DNA of 64,000 nucleotides from Desulfobacteraceae bacterium (GTDB lineage: Bacteria > Desulfobacterota > Desulfobacteria > Desulfobacterales > Desulfolunaceae), in assembly GCA_013619155.1 (NCBI GenBank), contig JABXKT010000001.1, forward strand, positions 12,661 through 76,660, given 5' to 3'. The notes below the pieces were generated by a model that was given only the letters and a program-made list of their open reading frames with translations, did not search any database and was not told where the DNA came from. The position numbers were made by a program, and so were the translations under genes. Shown here in pieces: positions 60,605 through 64,000 of this stretch (the first letter of the stretch is position 1; each line of letters starts with the position of its first letter).

Positions 60605-61525
60605 TTAAACCTGGACACTCCCGATGAGATCGTTGACATCTGAGATGCCCTTCTCCCGTAAAAAGGCGTCGATACCGTCCGCCACCTTCTCGGCGGCATC
60701 GGGATTCACGAAGTTGGCCGTGCCCACCTGAACGGCCGAGGCGCCGGCGATGAGAAACTCTAGGGCGTCCTCAGCGGTCATGATACCCCCCATGCCGACT
60801 ACAGGAATCTTCACCGCCTTGGCCACCTGATAGACCATGCGAATGGCCACCGGTTTCACGGCAGGGCCGGAGAGGCCCCCCACCACATTGGCGAGCAGGG
60901 GCTTTTTCGTATGAATATCGATACCCATGCCAGTTAAGGTGTTAATTAGTGAGATAGAATCCGCCCCGGCCCCTTCCACACTGCGGGCGATCTCAGTGAT
61001 GTCAGTGACATTGGGACTGAGCTTCACCATAACGGGCAAGGAGGTCCTTGCTCTCACCGCCGTAACCACTTCGGCAGCGGCCACGGGATCCACACCAAAG
61101 GCCAGGCCTCCGGCGCTCACATTGGGGCATGAGATATTGACCTCAATCCCATGGATCCCCGCCACCCCTTCGGCACGCTCGGCGATGGCCGCATACTCCT
61201 GGACGGTCTTGCCGTAGATATTGATAAAAATCTTCGTATCAAAAGGTTTTAATGCGGGAAGCTTCTCCGTGATAAACCGATCGATACCCACATTCTCAAG
61301 GCCAATGGCGTTTAACATACCGCAGGAGGTCTCGACGATACGAGGGGGAGGATTTCCCTTGGAGGGATAAAGGGAGAGCCCCTTCATCACAAGACCACCC
61401 AATCGATTGAGGTTAAGCACCTCGTCAAACTCCATTCCATAACCAAAGGTTCCCGATGCGGTCATCACCGGGTTGGCAAGGCGTACGCCTCCGATATCCA
61501 CTGATGTATTGATGGTCTGGCTCAT
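60605..61525 (-). CDS. pyrD: Dihydroorotate dehydrogenase, class 1B catalytic subunit
   Basis: NPVMTASGTFGYG, MLNAIGLEN, EVNISCPNV, VKLSPNVT and GGLSGPA. Confidence 0.95.
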   Translation of the reverse strand: MSQTINTSVDIGGVRLANPVMTASGTFGYGMEFDEVLNLNRLGGLVMKGLSLYPSKGNPPPRIVETSCGMLNAIGLENVGIDRFITEKLPALKPFDTKIFINIYGKTVQEYAAIAERAEGVAGIHGIEVNISCPNVSAGGLAFGVDPVAAAEVVTAVRARTSLPVMVKLSPNVTDITEIARSVEGAGADSISLINTLTGMGIDIHTKKPLLANVVGGLSGPAVKPVAIRMVYQVAKAVKIPVVGMGGIMTAEDALEFLIAGASAVQVGTANFVNPDAAEKVADGIDAFLREKGISDVNDLIGSVQV

Positions 61526-61727
61526 GATCTCTTTCATCTGCATTAATTGTGACGTGTATGATGGCCCTTTTAAACACCGGGCAGCCCTTTTTCCGAATCG
61601 GAGATATCTGTGACAAATCTCCGGGGCAGGTCCGCACACTGATATGCGCAACCCGCCAAACTTACCGACTCTTTCTGACCCTTACCATGCAACCCGGCCA
61701 GACAATACAATTATCTTTATAAAAAAC

Positions 61728-62760
61728 GTCACTATTGAGCGTCTAAAAAAGCCTCCGGCGGCCGGGGCTGTCGATTTAAGTGCCGGAGTAAAAATAAAAC
61801 ATACAAAAAACGATGCCTCCGGCGGCGAGGTAAGCCACCTCGAAAGCGCGTGGCCGCTGCGCTTTGCCCCTCGTTCCTCGGGACAAATCACAGCGCTATT
61901 CTTACGAAATTCATATATTTATTTTTTGACAGACCCTTAAGCCATTATGGCGGGTACGATCCGCTGTATGTCTAATTTTTATAAATAGTGACTGCAATAT
62001 ATTGGGGTGTAAACGTCTAAAATAGGCGTTTGCCCGATTAAATCGACACGCCCGGCCAGGGGATGCCCCCCTGGACCTCAAATTTGTGAATGATCCGTCG
62101 CTTCGGCACCTTACATTCGCGAAGAGACATTGTTTTTAAAAGGCACGCTTTTTGAAAAAAACGCCCAGATAGAGGCTTTTTTTTTAGCCGAATAGTGATA
62201 AAAAAAACAAACTATACCACAGCCGTACCCCGGACAACAGCCCATCCCCACAACGTCTCTATGTGCACGTTTAAGAAAAATGCCCCTGTGATGCCACCAA
62301 AAAAACGAGGAGTTCCCTCCTTTGGTAAACGGCTTTCAAGGTATTCTTTGCCCCACATGGCGTCACCACCCGTGCCGCGGGCGGCCCTACCGGGGGGCCA
62401 ACCTTTTACCCTATTTCATAAAGACGGGTTTGCCACACAGGTTTCGTTCAATCACATCAATTTAACGAAAAGAATCAAAGGCGAATGTAATCTGCTTTCA
62501 AGGTGGCACACCTTGCCGCCGGAGGCTTGCGTTTTTAAGCCCACTTTAACCATAGAGGGCATACGGGTTAATGCCGCCGGCGACCCTGCCGGGGACCAAC
62601 CTTTTGCCAATTTTTATAAACGGAGCTTGCCAAACAGACTTTAATAGTGACCATGACGGGCCTTTGGCCCGTCATGGTCACTCACTTGGGGTCCAGGGGC
62701 CCAGTCCCTGGCCGCCGGAGGCTCAGTTTTTTTTATCCACTTTACCCATAGACGGCGCAT
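61728..62760. repeat. Largest composite repeat cluster, with four-level nesting at 61728-62199
   Basis: GTCACTATTGAGC [GCCTCCGGCGGCC | GGGGCTGTCGATTTAA ... TTAAATCGACACGCCC | GGCCAGGGG..CCCCTGGACC] GCCGAATAGTGAT, then more modules running into the RluA 3' end. Confidence 0.88.
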
Positions 62761-63520
62761 AGGGTTCGTCCAGGGCCATAAGGGTGGCCATGGCCTCGGG
62801 CACGGGCACCCGTGAGGTAACCGTCATCACTATTTCGGTGCCCGGTGCAGAGAAGGTGATGGACCGGGCGTGGAGTCCCAGACGATCGTATCCAAACCGC
62901 TCTTTTAAGAGATCGATGGCACGCTTGGAGCCGTAACGTTTATCCCCTGTGATGGGATGTCCGGCCACCTTTGCATGGCGACGAATCTGATGTTTTCGGC
63001 CCGACAAGGGGCTGCATCCCAGGAGGGTATAGTGCAGGGAACGGGCCTCCACGAGAAAGGCGGTGGTCGATGGGACCCGCTTACCGCTGCCGACGGGGTG
63101 GGTCCGCCCTCCGGCCTCTTTTGCCAGGGGCATGGCCCACTGCCCCCGATCCTCTTTCAGGGTGCCGTGAACCAAGGCCACATACTCCTTGGTCACCGTC
63201 TTCGCTTCAAATTGCCGGGTCATATATCGCGCCGCCTCTTTTCCAAAGGCGAAGAGCACCACACCGCTGGTCTCTCCGTCCAGACGATGCACTGCATGGA
63301 CCGACACCTCGCCATCGGTATCCTCTTGTCTCAATACCTGGGGACTCTCTTTAAGGGTGTGAGCCACCACCGAGACCAGGTCACGGCCCGGTTCATTGTG
63401 CACGGAGACTCCGCATGGTTTCTCCAGGGCCACCCACCCTCTCCCTCCATCCACGACATAAATCCCCAAAGAGTCCAGGCTGGCAATGGCTCCTTTCTCT
63501 GCATGACTGCCCTTACTCAT
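62723..63520 (-). CDS. RluA-family RNA pseudouridine synthase
   Basis: KP.G..VH, VHRLD.ETSG, GRKHQIRRH, HPI.GD.RYG and LHA. Confidence 0.92.
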   Translation of the reverse strand: MSKGSHAEKGAIASLDSLGIYVVDGGRGWVALEKPCGVSVHNEPGRDLVSVVAHTLKESPQVLRQEDTDGEVSVHAVHRLDGETSGVVLFAFGKEAARYMTRQFEAKTVTKEYVALVHGTLKEDRGQWAMPLAKEAGGRTHPVGSGKRVPSTTAFLVEARSLHYTLLGCSPLSGRKHQIRRHAKVAGHPITGDKRYGSKRAIDLLKERFGYDRLGLHARSITFSAPGTEIVMTVTSRVPVPEAMATLMALDEPYAPSMGKVDKKN

Positions 63521-64000
63521 GGCCCCCTCCCGTAAAATAGAACGAATGGATATAGTGCGCCTGATCGTCTAACGACCAGTGATGCGTCTTCAGATAGTGC
63601 GAGGCCTCAAGGGCGCTTCCCTTTCGAATCAGATCGATAAAGGCCATATGCTCATCACAATGCTCCTCTTCCCACTTCACGACATGCCTTTTCGTCAAGA
63701 AATCATAAAGCCGCTGCTTGTTCAACTGGATAATACGCCGCATCGGATTATTGGTGGAGAGATCGAGAAAAACATTGTGAAATGAGACATTATGCCGATA
63801 GAAACTATGGGTATCTTTGGAGTCCGAGGCACGTCTCATCTCCTGGGTCAGTCGCTCCATCTCCCGAAGCGAGGTCTCATCGAGTTTATCAAAGACAGGG
63901 ATAAGAATCTCTGCCTCCAGGGCCCGGCAGATCTCCCAGGCATTTTTTACATCATCGTAGGAGAGGGTATTGATCATCACCCCGCGCCGGGGAAGAATCG
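63513..64000 (-). CDS. GntR-family regulator (FCD domain), 5' truncated by window
   Basis: Frame is open to the window end (ILPRRGV wing motif); R.ALE, N..FH, N, EH...I and H pattern. Confidence 0.85.
   Translation of the reverse strand, partial: ILPRRGVMINTLSYDDVKNAWEICRALEAEILIPVFDKLDETSLREMERLTQEMRRASDSKDTHSFYRHNVSFHNVFLDLSTNNPMRRIIQLNKQRLYDFLTKRHVVKWEEEHCDEHMAFIDLIRKGSALEASHYLKTHHWSLDDQAHYIHSFYFTGGGHE

Noticed and set aside
61526-61700. pyrK remnant upstream of pyrD (KKGCPVF)
   Set aside because: Only a short resemblance, with no Fe-S cysteine motif.
62195-62644. Short ORFs inside repeat mosaics (also 6310..6552, 15822..16133, 27779..28009, 38352..38555)
   Set aside because: Their mutual similarity comes from the non-coding repeat, and frames are not preserved between copies.
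934-62760. Repeats as a CRISPR array
   Set aside because: No regular repeat-spacer period and no cas genes; copies are dispersed and in both orientations.

Overview
Chromosomal window from a sulfate-reducing delta-proteobacterium (Desulfobacterota; a Desulfobacterales/Desulfoluna-like host is inferred from gene content, not proven). It is mostly housekeeping: GAF-PtsP, a purine uptake/salvage operon, TrmO, aspartate kinase, SatP, tRNA-Arg(UCU), RpoH, ABC-F, ManC, a tRNA nucleotidyltransferase, Mrp, a dGTPase, MutS, an amidase, LarB, an ilvD-ilvBN-cimA-leuA-ilvC operon, PyrD and RluA. The ORF track misses several things. (1) An exported two-domain rhodanese has an in-frame UGA at its catalytic residue (probable selenoprotein, true CDS 20724..21707) and is coupled to a YdjZ-like DedA/TVP38 membrane protein. 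(2) A guanine-type riboswitch with atypical loops precedes the NCS2 permease and PRTase. (3) An Ile/Leu/Val-rich leader-peptide attenuator precedes ilvD. (4) A UPF0280 gene is frameshifted and internally deleted. (5) Roughly 5-6 kb of intergenic DNA (my estimate) is a modular, nested repeat system of REP-like hairpins plus at least three MITE-like end types, one of which inserts into the REP with a GGCC duplication. Orphan genes of note are a Pycsar-type effector without a cyclase, a phage GpD-like gene and a probable CC-adding enzyme. No CRISPR array, transposase or integrase was seen. All family assignments come from motif recognition; no database search was run.
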